Assembly: GCF_006345805.1 (NCBI RefSeq)
Contig: NC_043009.1
Location: 62,001-126,000 of the forward strand
Length of the DNA: 64,000 bases
Direction of reading: 5' to 3'
Origin: Octopus sinensis
Taxonomy: Eukaryota
Shown: positions 26,669-40,084 of the stretch, one piece after another
Layout of the letters: each line of letters starts with the position of its first letter
Position numbering within the stretch: position 1 is the stretch's first letter
Program-made: the position numbers and the translations under genes
Notes under the pieces: model-generated
Databases searched by the model: none
Told to the model about the DNA's origin: nothing
The model's input: only the letters and a program-made list of their open reading frames with translations

Positions 26669-26965
26669 GGAGGCATATGGCCTAGTCGTTAGAGCAGCAG
26701 ACTCACGGTAGAGGGATCGCGGGTTCGAATCTCAGCCCGGGCGGTGGGTGTGTTTATGAGCGAATCGCCTAAGCTCCACGTGGCTCCGGCAAAAGGTAAA
26801 GGCAAATTTCTGCTGACTCTTTCGCCACAACTTTCTCTCACTCTTTCCTCTTGCAGCTCACCTGCGACGGACCGGCGTCGTGTCCAGGTGGGGAACCTAT
26901 ACGCCAAGGAAACCGGGAAACCGGCCCTAATGTGCCAGGCGTGACTCGAGAAGGAACAAACAAAC
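26669..26965 (+). mobile_element. SINE family C head with a different, V-domain-like body
   Basis: tRNA-like head, then cctgcgacggaccggcgtcgtgtccagg (26861-26888) and an (AACA)n tail. Confidence 0.7.
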
Positions 26966-27662
26966 ATACAATACAATATACGTTATGTTCAAATGTTAAC
27001 ATCTAACGTCTGGCCTGTTCTAACAGTGTCTAACAATAATTCAGACATTTTTCAATAGGGCGAAAGCCCCGCATAAGTTTTGACGAGGGACATTTATGAA
27101 TGGCTTTCGAGATCTCCTAACAGAACCGTTCGTAATTTCTTCTGGAAGTATATCTAAAATAAAGTTACCAACATCTAGGAATTACGAACTGCATTCATCG
27201 ACGATTTTGCTAACTGATTTATATCTCAAAAATTATTAGTCAGTATCCAGAAAAAATTGCTAACCTGATTGGAGGTTTTATTTAAATATAGAAAAATTTG
27301 GAGGCTTTATTTAATAAAATCTATATTTCAATAAGAGCTGTTTTACATTAGTTTTTGTTAACATTTAATTTTGATAAACAAACATTAGGTTCAGGTTTAG
27401 AAAATATTTTCTTACGTCTGGCTTGGAGCATTTTTACATTATCAAGCTCAGTATATTTTGGTTCTTAATTCAAGTCATTGTTTTACTTAACTTTGGTTCT
27501 TTCCAAGCACTGACAAATAAATTAATAAATATGTAAATAAATAAATCATTTTTAACGATAGAACTTGAAGAAGATAAAGCTGTAAATAATAACATTTAAA
27601 GATTGGGTTTTAAAAAATCCTCAGATAGAAAAATAATCGAAGCTTCAACCGCTACCTTCGAC

Positions 27663-28075
27663 GGCAAGCTGGCAGAATCGTTAGCACGCCAAGCAAAATG
27701 CTTAGAGGTAATTTCGTCTGCCGTTACGTTCTGAGTTCAAATTCCGCCGAGGTCGACTTTGCCTTTCATCCTTTCGGGGTCGATAAATTAAGTACCAGTT
27801 ACGCACTGGGGTCGATATAATCGACTTAATCCGTCTGTCTGTCCTTGTTTGTCTCCTCTGTGTTTAGCCCCTTGTGGGTAGTAAAGAAATAGGTATCTCG
27901 TCTGTCTTCATGTTCTGAGTTCAAATTCAACCAACGCTGAATTTGCCTTTCATTCTTTCTGGTCGATAAAATAAAGCACTAGCTGAACATTGGGGTCGAT
28001 GTAATCGACTTACCCCGTCCCCGTTCCTCGAAATTGCCGGTCTTGTGCCAAAATTTGAAATCGTTATTTATAGCT
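27663..28075 (+). mobile_element. SINE family B nested in an older related SINE
   Basis: Family B body and tail end at 27891; the older relative resumes at ggtatctcgtctg, repeating ggtaatttcgtctg at about 27707. Confidence 0.7.
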
Positions 28076-28519
28076 CCTTCGAATTCCAACGCTAAAAATT
28101 ATTTATTTCACGCCCCGCCCTGACAGGCCTGTCTTGAGCCCGACCACTTCTAAAGCTTAATCCCATTTTCATAGCGTGTAAGTAACTGAAATTGCAAAAC
28201 TTTCCACCGGAACGGGACTCCAAGTCCGTTGATGGGTCAACTTCCCAGCTTTTGCTGGAACTCGTTATGCAGCTGAGTGAAGTGGAGCAACAGGAAATGA
28301 AGTGTTTTTCTCAAGAGCACAACTGCCTCGCCAGGTCCTGGGATCTAAACCCACGATCTTGAGTTCAACACTCCGACCATTGGTTCGATAAATTCTTCCT
28401 GTCAAGACTCGTCATGACATTGACGAGCGCGTAGAACATTGCTAAATCGTGAGCTGTGAAGGAGAATCTATTATTAACTGATTTGTTAAAATAGTTGAAA
28501 AAAAAAGGATTAAAATAAA

Positions 28520-28902
28520 TCTTTTATCTTTTACTTGTTTCAGTCAATTGACTGCGGCCATTCTGGGGCACTACCTTGATGAATTTTTAGTCGAATGAAT
28601 CGATCCCAGTGCTTATGTTTTTTTTTAAGCCTGGTACTTATTCTGTTGGATCTCTCTTGCTGAACCGCTAAGTTACGGGAACTCAAAAGCACCAACACCG
28701 ATTGTTAAGCGGTTGATGGGGGAACAAACACACACACACACGACGGGTTTCTTTTAGTTTTCATCTACCAAATTCACCCAAAAGGTTTTGCTCGGCCTGA
28801 GCTATAGTAGAAAACAGTTGCCTAAATTGCTACGCAGTGGGACTGAACCCGGAACTATATGGTTGGGAAGCAAGCTTCTTACTACACAGCCACACCTGCG
28901 CC
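28520..28902 (-). mobile_element. SINE family A, older full-length copy
   Basis: Colinear, diverged reverse complement of 1379-1844. Confidence 0.8.
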
Positions 28903-29322
28903 TAAATAGGAGGTGGAAAATATTAAACGAGCGAATATTTTTTACAGCTCTTTACATTCTGTGAAACTGGAATCGTATCATATTGGATATTTTTCAGATT
29001 AATAGAGGCAGCTATGGTTTTATAAGAATCACATACATCAAATATAAGTATATTATGAATTTGTATAAAAAGCAAAAATCTTAATCATAAATTGCTCACG
29101 AGAAAAAGAAATGCTTAAAGTTTTAATGATTTCATTAATGTTTCTAATTTAGAAATTACTTATGTAATTAAACTCAGAATTTAATTAGTTTACCCAAAAT
29201 GTCTGAAACGAAGCCGTAATGGCAATATGGCAAGGTGATGGTATCTTAATGAGACAGCATATAATTAACTAATTAACGTGTCAGTGGTATTCATTTAGAA
29301 TAAGAAAAACACACACACATCT

Positions 29323-29640
<318 letters not shown>

Positions 29641-29650
29641 TGCAGATATA

Positions 29651-29766
29651 CAGGGTGTGGCAAAATGATCTGATACATTTGTAGGTTTAATAAAAGCAAA
29701 ATAGAGAAAAGAATGAAAAACTGTTATTAAACCTACAAATGTGTCAAGTCATTTTGCCCCAGCCTG
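29651..29766. mobile_element. 116-bp Tc1/mariner-type MITE
   Basis: 43-bp TIRs (cagggtgtggcaaaatga.../...tcattttgccccagcctg, 5 mismatches) with TA on both sides (29649-29650, 29767-29768). Confidence 0.9.
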
Positions 29767-29777
29767 TATATATATGC

Positions 29778-29849
<72 letters not shown>

Positions 29850-30618
29850 ACTATCTATTTCGCTTCTCCAAGTAAGTTTTTATTTGAATAATCATGACGC
29901 GCACTCTTACTCTTTACTTCACCTTTCCTCCCTGCCTGTCTGTCTTCCTCTCTACTTGCCTCTCTCCTTCTAATTTTTCACCCTTTCTGGTTTCTTACCC
30001 CCCTCCATCTCTCCTCCTCCTCTCTCTGTTTTGTTGACCAGAGCGCTACTAAAAACTTTCTTTCAGCTCCGTACCTTCCACAAGCATAGGCCGACTTCCC
30101 TGTCTTTCCGCAAGCCGATTTTTCACATGCGTTCTAACTAATTTTTTCACCGTCTAGGCCTAAAAAAAGCCCTTTTTGTTTGTTCATTGTCCTGTTATTC
30201 CTTATTTGTACTGTTTTTTCTACTGTCTCTTCTTCATTTGTATTGCTTTTACGTCCTGTTCTTGTCACTCGTTTTACCCCTCTGCAAAAGAATCTTATTT
30301 AATTCCTTTTTCAGGAAGGACTGCTTCGGCCTGGCCGTGTTCTGTCCTTAACTTCGAAACACGCATTGAGCCGAACCAGGGACAGCTGATGAAGGGGAAT
30401 TTTCCTTGTATTGTTTGTCCTGTACTCTGTTTTTTCGTTGTTAAAGAAAGTCCGTTTCCTTGTTTGATTTTGTTTTCGTTTCTCGTTGTGTTATACGTTT
30501 ATTTGTGGTGTCCTGTACTCATATATATATGCTTTTATATATACATGTAGATGTAAGTATGTACATATATGTATGTATATATGAATATATTTTATTTATT
30601 TATTATATATATATATAT

Positions 30619-30815
30619 AAGTTGCGCACCACCCTGGTTTTTTTAAAAGAATACACCCTTATTGATTTCAAAAACACTTTATTGAAATTAATCGTAACAA
30701 ATGCTCAAATTGAGCTCCCTCTACAATAAAACATGCAGAAAAAATAAAATAAAATAAAATGCTTTAATTATTTTTAATGAAAACCAGAATGGTGCGCGAC
30801 TTCTGGGACACCCTG
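30619..30815. mobile_element. Tc1/mariner-type MITE with the outer left TIR lost
   Basis: aagttgcgcaccaccctggtttt is an inverted match to aaaaccagaatggtgcgcgactt; the right end ctgggacaccctg is followed by TA; the left terminus is replaced by (TA)n. Confidence 0.75.
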
Positions 30816-30833
30816 TATACATATATATATATA

Positions 30834-30884
<51 letters not shown>

Positions 30885-31325
30885 TATTATAAAAGGCAGA
30901 TTTTATCTGCCTCCCTTTGTATCTTATAGAAATCTACAATATAGGATTTCTTCAATTACAATTTACCTAGCATTTTTAAGAGCAGAATGCATCGGGTCGT
31001 GCCAGGTCCAGTTTTTAAAATTTCAACCCCAATTAAGCAAAATTTAGAGAAAACTCACAGTGTGGTGTCTAAGTCAAATGCTTTTCTTAGTGTGGCCTAC
31101 ACCACACGCACACGCACACACACAGTGTGCAACGAATAAAGTGAAAGTAATTCACTTTTGTAGTGAGTGACTCTTTCACTCTGCCACACTATCCTCTTTA
31201 CACACATAGACACGCAAATATATAAATAAAATTGTAAGCTAACGTGTGTGTGGTGCTGTGTGTGCGTGTTGTGTGGTGTGTGATGGTGTGTGTGTGTGTG
31301 TGCGTGCGTGAGGGTGTGTGACAGG

Positions 31326-32017
31326 AAAGTTTTTTAGGACGAATATAAGACCTATATCCAAGTAGCAGAAAGATCGCCCAAAAGTGTATATAGATATTTA
31401 AATGTATTTATATATTCATCTATACAGATGTATGTATAATTTGTGTGTATATTTCCATAGAGGTAACCTTTCACTCCATACAAAGTTTTTTAGGACGAAT
31501 ATAAGATCTAAAGTATATACAAGTAGCAGAAAGATCGCCCAAAAGTGTATATAGATATTAAATGTATTTATATATTCATCTATACACAGATGTATGTATA
31601 ATGTGTGTGTGTATATATTTCCATACACGTAACCATTCACTCCGCACAAAGTTTTTTAGGACGAAAATAAGATCTAAAGTTATCTCTAAGTAGCACAAAG
31701 ATCGCCCAAAAGTGTATATAGATATATAAATGTATTTGTATATTCATCTATGCACACATGTATGTATAACGTGTGTGTATATATTTCCATACACGTAACC
31801 ATTCACTCCATACAAAGTTTTTTAGGACGAAAATAAGATCTAAAGTTATCTCTAAGAAACAGAAAGATCGCCCAAAAGTGTATATAGATATTTAAGTGTA
31901 TTTATATATTCATCTATACACACATGTATGCTATACACACATGTATGTATAATGTGCGTGTATATATTTCCGTAGAGGTAACCATTCAATCCATACAAAG
32001 TTTTTTAGGACGAAAAT
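31326..32017 (+). repeat. Minisatellite of 156-183-bp units (4 copies plus a partial) inside the Helitron
   Basis: Units start with aaagttttttaggacg at 31326, 31482, 31648, 31814 and 31997. Confidence 0.92.
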
Positions 32018-32279
32018 ATTTATATATAAAAGAAAGGTTGTGTGTCTGTCTACTCCGATTTAGATTCCTAACTACTCCCACATTTTGCAATGCAGTTTAA
32101 CCAAAACTGGGTATCTTATAGTCGTGATTCATATCGAGCCCTTCTGGGTATTAGCGCGCGTCTACGATGAGTCTATGATTTTACAAATAATTTACCATCA
32201 TTTTTTTCCATTTTAATGCATATTTTTTTAAATAAACGGAAGTAACTCTCAAACTTCACACCAATATGCGTGCTCATAT

Positions 32280-32752
32280 GCGACGTAATATCACATCAGC
32301 AGCATTTCCTCACACCCTCCTTGCACTTGGCGAAGGCAAAATACCAGGGGATGAAAATGGTAATATTGCCATCGATTCCATTGTACCATTGTTAAGACGC
32401 CTTCTGATCTCAGAGATGCAGTGTTCCCAGATCTACAAGCTAATTATCAGAATATGGATTGGATTGGCAAAAAGGCTATACTGGCCCCGAGGAATAAAAC
32501 TGTTCACCATATTAATGATGAAATACTAAAACTCATTCCTGGGGAAGTCTATGTATATCAGTCTATCGATACAATCTGACCCAGAGGACGTCATCAACTA
32601 TCCAATAGAGGTACTCAATTCCTTTGAGCACCCGGACTACCACCACACTTTCTCAAACTTAAAGTTGGTGCCCCTATAATGCTCATCAGAACTTTGGTTC
32701 CCCCAAAACAATGCAATGGCACACGTTTGATCGTTAAGTCCTTATCTCCCAC
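32280..32752 (+). pseudogene. Helitron PIF1-type helicase fragment
   Basis: Across frameshifts: LLALGEGKIPGDENGNI...KAILAPRNK...INDEILKLIPGEVYVYQSIDTI...[50 protein letters not shown]. Confidence 0.88.
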
Positions 32753-33196
32753 CGTAAGCTTATATCAATATTTGCCTGAATAATCATCATAATTCAGTGC
32801 AATCATAAACAGTACTTTCAAGCAATTCAGCCCCGAGCAACGCCGGGCAATTCTGCTAGTATATATATAAAACAATACTGGGAGGATAAGGAACGGAACG
32901 AAGCGACGAATCGAAACGAACCCGACGCGAAGCGCTGTCAGACAATAGTGTAATAATAAATAAAATATATGCATACAACAAACATATATGTACGTACCAA
33001 CATCTACGTGTATATATACATGCATATATAAATATATATACGTGAGTACAGGACACCACAACTAGACGTAGAACTCAACGAGAAACGAAAACGGAAAAGC
33101 CATTTTTTTACAACAGAAAAACAGAGACGTGGAACTGGACGAGAAACGAAAACGGGAAAAAACATTTTTTTACAACAGAAAACCAGAGTACAGGAC

Positions 33197-33270
<74 letters not shown>

Positions 33271-33911
33271 GGAGAAAGAGTAAAGTTTTTTTGCCAACGT
33301 AAAGTGGAAGTCCTGATTAGGACGATGTTACTGACTTTTTTTAGCCCCAGGAAAACATCTTTTCCAGCTGGCTACCGACGCACAGCTGCATCCTTATACC
33401 TCGAACAAAGGAGCTAATCGTCCAAATCAGGATTGCTACTTTTACATTGGCAAATAGATTTTACTGTGTAATACTGTTACTACTTACTTCTCACTCAGAG
33501 ATTTAAAACAAATTGTTTTCTTCATTATACACACACACACATACATAGGAGAAAGGGTAGGAGAAAGAAATAAAGAGAGGGAGGGAGAAAGGAAAGGAGA
33601 GAAAGAAAGAGAATGAGAAGGAGGGGAGATAGTGTTGGGGAGAAAGAAGGAGGGAAGAAGAAAGGGAGGAAGGAAGTGAGGAAAAGAGGGAGGAGCGAAA
33701 GTGGGAGAGGGCGAAAAGAATTGGAGGGAGAGACGAAAGTATGTCCAGTTCAGCGTTTTTGCAGTTCCGCCACAGCGCAGCCTTCAGATGGTACTTCTTA
33801 TCGACTACGAAAGTAAGAAAAACAAAGTTGACTTCGGGAGGATTCGAACTCAATGCACTGCGAGCTAAAGCAAATACCGCAAAGCAATCAGTTCGACGCT
33901 CTAACGTCTCT

Positions 33912-34344
33912 ACCAATATGTACAGGGTAATTGGGGCGGCGAGCTGGCAGAAACATTAGCATGCAGGATAAAATGCTTCGTGGCATTTCATCTGAGTTCA
34001 AATTCAGCCGAGGTCGACTTTGCCTTTCATCCTTTCGGAGTCGATAAATTAAGTACCAGTTACGCACTGGGGTCTGTCCTTGTTTGTCCCCTCTATGTTT
34101 AGCCCCTTGTGGGCAATAAAGAAATAATAAACGTTAGCGCGCCGGCCGAAATGCTTAGCGGCATTTCGTCCATCTTTACGTTCTGAGTCCAAATTCTACC
34201 GAGCTCGACTTTGTTTTTCATTCTTTCGATGTCGATAAAATAAATGCCAGTTAGACACTGGAGCCGCTGTAATCGACTTAGCCCCCCTCTCCCGAAATTT
34301 CTGGCCTTCTGCCAAACTTTGCAACCAATATGTACAGAGTAATT
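33912..34344 (+). mobile_element. Two related SINEs in tandem or nested, bounded by 21-bp direct repeats
   Basis: accaatatgtacag(g/a)gtaatt at 33912-33932 and 34324-34344; family B at 33935-34127, then an older relative to 34323. Confidence 0.7.
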
Positions 34345-34988
34345 TAAAACGAATGTTACAGAAAAAAAAACCATATATGTGAGTGTAGTAATTAATATAT
34401 TTCAAAAGCACATATGTAACATGAAAGGTTAACTCTTCAAGTTTCTACTGAAATCTACAGTCATATTACATCTGTACTTTTGCAATATATCATATTCATT
34501 GTAGCACTCACATGTGTTTTCGTTTTTACCTTTCATTTTGAATTACCCTGTATTTCACACCAAGAAGTGAAATTAACGTATTTCTTTGCCCATAAATCGC
34601 ACATTTTTTTCATTAAAAAAATTAATCGAAAAATAACCTGGTGTCTTATCACTAAAATGTTAGGTTGTAGTGTGAAGTTTGATATATAGGTACAGTGTAC
34701 ATCAGAACCACAATCTCTATTACATCAGTAAACCTACAGCTGCAAATACGAATGTTCTACACATACATACATACATACGTTTCATACATACATACATACA
34801 TACATACATACATACATACATACATACATACATGCATACGTACATGTGTTTATACACACACACATGTATTTATATATACATACCTAAAGAAAAAATACAC
34901 ACACACACATATATATATATATATCGTCAATAAATCATGAATCCGACAGAAAAGCCTACTGTAAGTTATAGAGCAGAAGAGCATTTAG

Positions 34989-35203
34989 ATAAAGACAGTT
35001 ATGGCCGGTTTATAGGGTTACCCAGGGTTTTGTGTCCATAAAGCCTTAGCTTTAAAGCGTCTCATCAGACGCTAATGGTCGGAAACTTATAAGAGATGTT
35101 GTAGGCCACCGGCTTTTCGGGTCTGACTAGACGTTATAAAGCTAAGCTCTTTATAGATGCAAAATACTGGGTAATCCTATAAACCGGTTACAACTGTCTT
35201 TAT
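34989..35203. mobile_element. MITE-like hairpin element of about 215 bp
   Basis: 34989-35070 is an inverted match to 35121-35203 (about 80% identity); superfamily not determined. Confidence 0.75.
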
Positions 35204-35239
35204 TTATCTCTCTCTCTCTCTTTATATATATATATATAT

Positions 35240-35293
<54 letters not shown>

Positions 35294-35367
35294 TATATAT
35301 ATATGCGTGTGTGGTCTATGTATGTATGTATGTATGTATGTATATATACATATATATATATATACAT

Positions 35368-35422
<55 letters not shown>

Positions 35423-35670
35423 CGCAGGAGTGTTTACGTCCCCGTAACTTAGCGGTTCGGCAAAAGAGACCGATAGAATAAGTACTAGGCTTACAAAGAA
35501 TATGTAATGGGGTCGATTTGCTCGACTATAGACGGTGCTCCAGCATGGTCCCAGTCAAATGACTGAAACAAGTAAAAGAGCAAAGGACTAAAAGAGTAAA
35601 TATGTTAATATGTATATATGCTAATTTCACCGTCTGAAAAATAGGAAAACAATGAGTGCTAAAGAGTGAA

Positions 35671-35708
<38 letters not shown>

Positions 35709-35849
35709 GGAGAGAGGGAGGGAGAGAGAGAAACGTGGAGGATGGGGAAGGAGATGTAGCATAAAGGAATGCAAGATATGTGAATGAGTAATAGAAATAA
35801 AAGGAGTGTTGCGAGAAAAGAAAAAAAACACTACTAAATGCTAAACGTA

Positions 35850-36560
35850 CGGTTTATGTTCCACTTGAATGCCATCTTACCATTCTCTCCAGAAACATTA
35901 TGCGCTGAGAATTTATTACGTAGGTTATTTTGTTACCACAAACATACTACATGCGGTAGTGTACCATCTGCGCAAAACGAGAGACTGCTTTCCAAGCTAA
36001 GCTTTATAAGCCTCCTCTTTGGTCGGATGACATTTTAAAATTCTTGGTTAAACTAAGTTGTTCTTTTACCGCTTGGTGCTGCAACGAGCCGCTTTCATCC
36101 TAAGCATTGTACAGCCAAAGAAGAAACTGCCGAACAAAACCATTTCCATTCCGTCTCGACATCCTCAGTTTCTTCAGGAAGGGCTCCGAATTTGGATGCA
36201 CTTCTTCCCGCACCTTTGTTTCTGATCCTATCACACACAAGAACTTCCAACTTTATCTTGTAAATCGCACTGGAATTGTGAGTTTCGTGAGTTCTCCCCT
36301 GCTGTAGATGGTCTCAGGTCGCAGACAACTAGGTGATGATCAGTTGATAACACATCTCCTCTTTTTACTCGAACATCCAGCACAGAATCAAAGAGATGAT
36401 AACAAAAAATCCCTATACCAAAGAATCCCTTTACCCAAAGAGTACTTATAACAAAGAATCCCTATATCTGTGTTGGAAATTTATTAAAGTCTCTCCACTT
36501 TCAGGGTCGCTATTCATCCTAATGATAAAATGAGTAGGTTCCCGAATACAAGCAGCAGAA
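35850..36560 (-). pseudogene. Decayed RTE-clade LINE ORF2 fragment (end of the APE domain plus linker)
   Basis: The minus strand reads, with stops, SVLDVRVKRGDVLSTDHHLVVCDL...EETEDVETEWKWF..AV...KRLVAAPSGKRTT...EEAYKA, typical of RTE elements. Confidence 0.7.
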
Positions 36561-36723
36561 ATGTAATTCATCCGAAGGGGCTATAGTAGAAGACACTTGC
36601 TCAAGATTCCACGCTCTGGAACTGAACCCAGAACTATGTGGTTGGGAAGCAAACTAGCAAATATCTCATCACACAGCCACGCGTACATCTAACACTACTG
36701 ATGGGCAGCGATGAGATAATACA

Positions 36724-36755
<32 letters not shown>

Positions 36756-36799
36756 CACACATTCACACACATATATATGTATACATATATTTATACATA

Positions 36800-37830
36800 T
36801 TGGGTCATCCCATAAATAATGCGGCTTTTTCAACTGCATGAACTAAAATTCGGAGGGATAAATTACCTGCATCAAAGCAGGTAGTAATTTTACCTTGTCC
36901 TTATTCCTAGGGCAAATTTTGAAGGGTGCAGTTGGATTTTAACAGTTATTTTTTCAAAATCTATTATGGAAGTGACAAAGGAACATATTCGGCATATTTT
37001 GCTTTATAAGTTCAATAAAGGCAACAACGCAACGAAAAGTGTGAGGAATATTAATGCATTATATGGGGATCGGACAATAGGCGTAAACGAGTGTCAACGG
37101 TGGTCCCAGAAGTTCTGAGCCGAAATCTACAGCCTAGAAGACGAGCCCCGTCCTGGAAGATCTGTAGAGTTCGACAAGAACGTTTTGCAAACCCTAGTGG
37201 AACAAAATCCCATCGTAACTGTTGAGGAACTAGCAGAGAAGCTTGGATTTAGTCATTCAACCATTCATCGACACCTGCGTGCCATCGGAAAAGTCAGCAA
37301 ATTGGGTCAATGGGTTCCTCACAAACTTTCCGAGTCTAATCGCGCGCAGAGAGTGAATGTGTGCTATTCTTTGCTGTCACGTATCACCAATGAACCTTTT
37401 TTGGACCGAATAGTGACTGGTAACGAGAAATGGGTTCTCTATAAAAATGTCAAGCGCCGAAGACAATTTGTAGGGAAAGGAGAAACACCGGCACCCCAAG
37501 CTAAAGGTCTTCACCCACGTAAAGTGTTGTTATCTGTTTGGTGGGATATGAAAGGTTTAGTCCACTTTGAACTTTTAAACCCAAACCAAACGATAACAAA
37601 GGTGTTCTTCCATCAGGATAATGTTTGCCACCAACAGCAAAGATGACATTCCAAAGGCTGGAACAGTTTGAATGGGAAACGATGCCCCATCCACCATATT
37701 CGCCGAACATTGCCCCATCTAAGAGTCATTTATTCCGCAAGCTTCAAAATCACTTAGACGGAAAAAATATGAATTCTGTAGACGAGGTGAAAACAGTACT
37801 GGAAGTATATTTTCCGTCAAGGACAAGTGA
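36800..37830 (+). mobile_element. mariner (DD34D-type) transposon, internally deleted, right end missing
   Basis: TA|ttgggtcatcccataaataatgcgg TIR; ATG 36966 MEVTKEHIRHILLY..(stop)..LEDEPRPGR; WVPHKL, IVTGNEKW (Asp mutated to Asn), FHQDN, HPPYSPNIAPSK; central deletion near 37600. Confidence 0.9.
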
Positions 37831-37860
37831 ATATATGTAATATGTTTATGTACACACACA

Positions 37861-37931
<71 letters not shown>

Positions 37932-37935
37932 AATA

Positions 37936-38152
37936 TGAGGGGGTGAGGAAAAGTTCTTGGCTTTGGGTCACAGAAAATACACGATGATCAGTTAATTATA
38001 ATTCTATTCAACATATTCCCCTCTCAGATTCACATACTTATTACAGCAGTCTCTCAATTGTTCTAAGCCCTGTAAAAGAGATCGGAAAATTGGGCCTCCA
38101 ACCAGGCATTTTGCGATACTCTTAAAGCCAGGAACATTTCAGTACCCCCTCG
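37936..38152. mobile_element. 217-bp mariner-derived MITE
   Basis: TIRs of about 30 bp (tgagggggtgaggaaaagttcttggcttt / aaagccaggaacatttcagtaccccctcg) with TA each side; an internal fragment of the same family lies at about 55860-55966. Confidence 0.85.
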
Positions 38153-38517
38153 TATATATTACACCCCCCACACACATAGCACACTATGAACTTTAAGAGG
38201 TTTATGCGTTTTAGATGTATATGTGTATGTATGAGTATATGTGTGCATGTCGAGAAATTAAGTTCGTTTCGCAATAATGAAGTCTCAGGTTCAATACCAG
38301 TCCACAGATTTATTGGATGCATTATACTTATAATCCAAAGCTCCAGCCTTGTCGCTTATTTTATCATGCTGACACTGCCTGAGAATTACATTAAGAATAC
38401 ACATGCCCGTTGGAATAATCAACCACTTTAACGTTAATTTAGCGAATAAATAGTTCAGTTGATCGAACAACTGGAATAGTATGATCAAAACCGACGAACG
38501 ACCCATCATTATTGTCA

Positions 38518-38571
<54 letters not shown>

Positions 38572-39849
38572 TGTGTATGTATGTGTGTGTGTGTATGTGT
38601 ATGTGCGCGTGAAAATATATCACAATATATGAAATATACTTTCATCTAAAGGATCATTATCATTTGTAGCACTTAAGTCAAGGAGCTGGCCGAATTGTTA
38701 GCACGCCGGACAAAATGCTTAGTAACATTTCTATTACGTTCTATATTTAAAATCCACCGTAGTCGATTTGCCTTTCATCCTTTCGGAGTCGATAAAATAA
38801 GTACCAGTAATACACTGCGGTCAATGTAATTCACTAGCCCCCTCCCCCAAAATTTCAGACCTTGTGCCTATAGTAGAAGTGCTAAGTAATTTGGACATGT
38901 TTTTTTTAAAGAAAAGCATGATTCTGGGTTGATCTAAACATTACCAGTATAACTGGAGAGATAGAAAATTGTTTGGAAGCCCGTTAGGAGTAAGTCTTTG
39001 TTACACACCGTGCCACAATTATTCTGCTTTAGGATAAGGTTGAATGTACAAGTGTCTGCAGAATACTCAGCCATTTACGGTATAATTCATGTATTTGGTG
39101 ATTTTGTTGATGGCATTTTTGGAACACTTGTTCCCAAACTGATACGAGAACTATCGAAATATCAGACGGGTGTCTCTGTGCCTGCGTGTGTGTGAATAGT
39201 TTAAAAAAGCTGCAGTTCAAATTGTTACAAAAATAAAAGGAGAGATGGTCCAATTTGAAAGGAAGAGAGGCGAGAGAGAGGAGAAAGAGAGGAGAAAGAG
39301 AGAGAGAGAGATAAAGAGAGAGAGGAGAAAGAGACAAGAAAGAGAGAGAGAGGAGAAAGAGAAGGAAGGAGAAAGTAACAGGATAGAGAGAAGAAATAGA
39401 GAGCGATAAAAAATAGAAAAAGAAAGAGAGATGCAGGTGAAATAGAGAGAGTGGGGAAACAGAGAAAGAAAAACGAGGAACAGAGAGAAGGAGAGACAGA
39501 GACAGACCGAGCGAGCGAGAGAAGAGGGAGGGGGAGAGAGAGGTGAAAAAGTGAAAGAGACGGAGGGATATATGAGAATAGCTTAACAGTTATTAATCTA
39601 TGAAACTAATGGCGTCAACGGTTGGTTTTTGATGTTCATATCTCGAGATATATTTATAAATTTTGACTTCATTTAGCTAATGTGTTGCGGCCATGTTTGC
39701 AGTATCGCCATCTGCTGACGCATATCTTACAATAGAGATATAGGACGTACTTGCTCTTAGGAACAAACAGTGATATATTTATACACCAAGCTGTGTAGTA
39801 ACATCATATGTTAGTTTTGGATGAATAGCATATGCTAGTATGGATTTTG

Positions 39850-39900
<51 letters not shown>

Positions 39901-39905
39901 CACAT

Positions 39906-39942
<37 letters not shown>

Positions 39943-40084
39943 CACAGATAGCTAGATAGATAGATAGATATTTACATATACATATATATGTAAATATATA
40001 TGTATGCATATATATGAATATATATACATCTAACTAGACAGATTGATATAAGTATACATATATATTTATATGTGAAGCTAAAGC

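Larger units (their letters stand above)
30882..32859 (+). mobile_element. Composite non-autonomous Helitron(s)
   Basis: 5' A|TCTTATTATAAAAGG at 30882; internal tandem array; a second 5'-like end TTTATATATAAAAG at 32019; PIF1 helicase relic; 3' hairpin cccgagcaacgccggg (32832-32847) then CTAG|T at 32856-32860. Confidence 0.82.

Noticed and set aside
30340-30410. cgaaacacgc … ctgatgaagggg as a possible hammerhead
   Set aside because: No GAAA after the putative stem II, and no UH or stem III partner in a valid order.
31326-32017. Regular repeats as a CRISPR-like array
   Set aside because: Whole units are homologous with no unique spacers; eukaryotic context and no cas genes.
39695-39715. cgccatctgctga as a CTCF-like site
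   Set aside because: A short motif that is also common in transposon ends; no supporting context.
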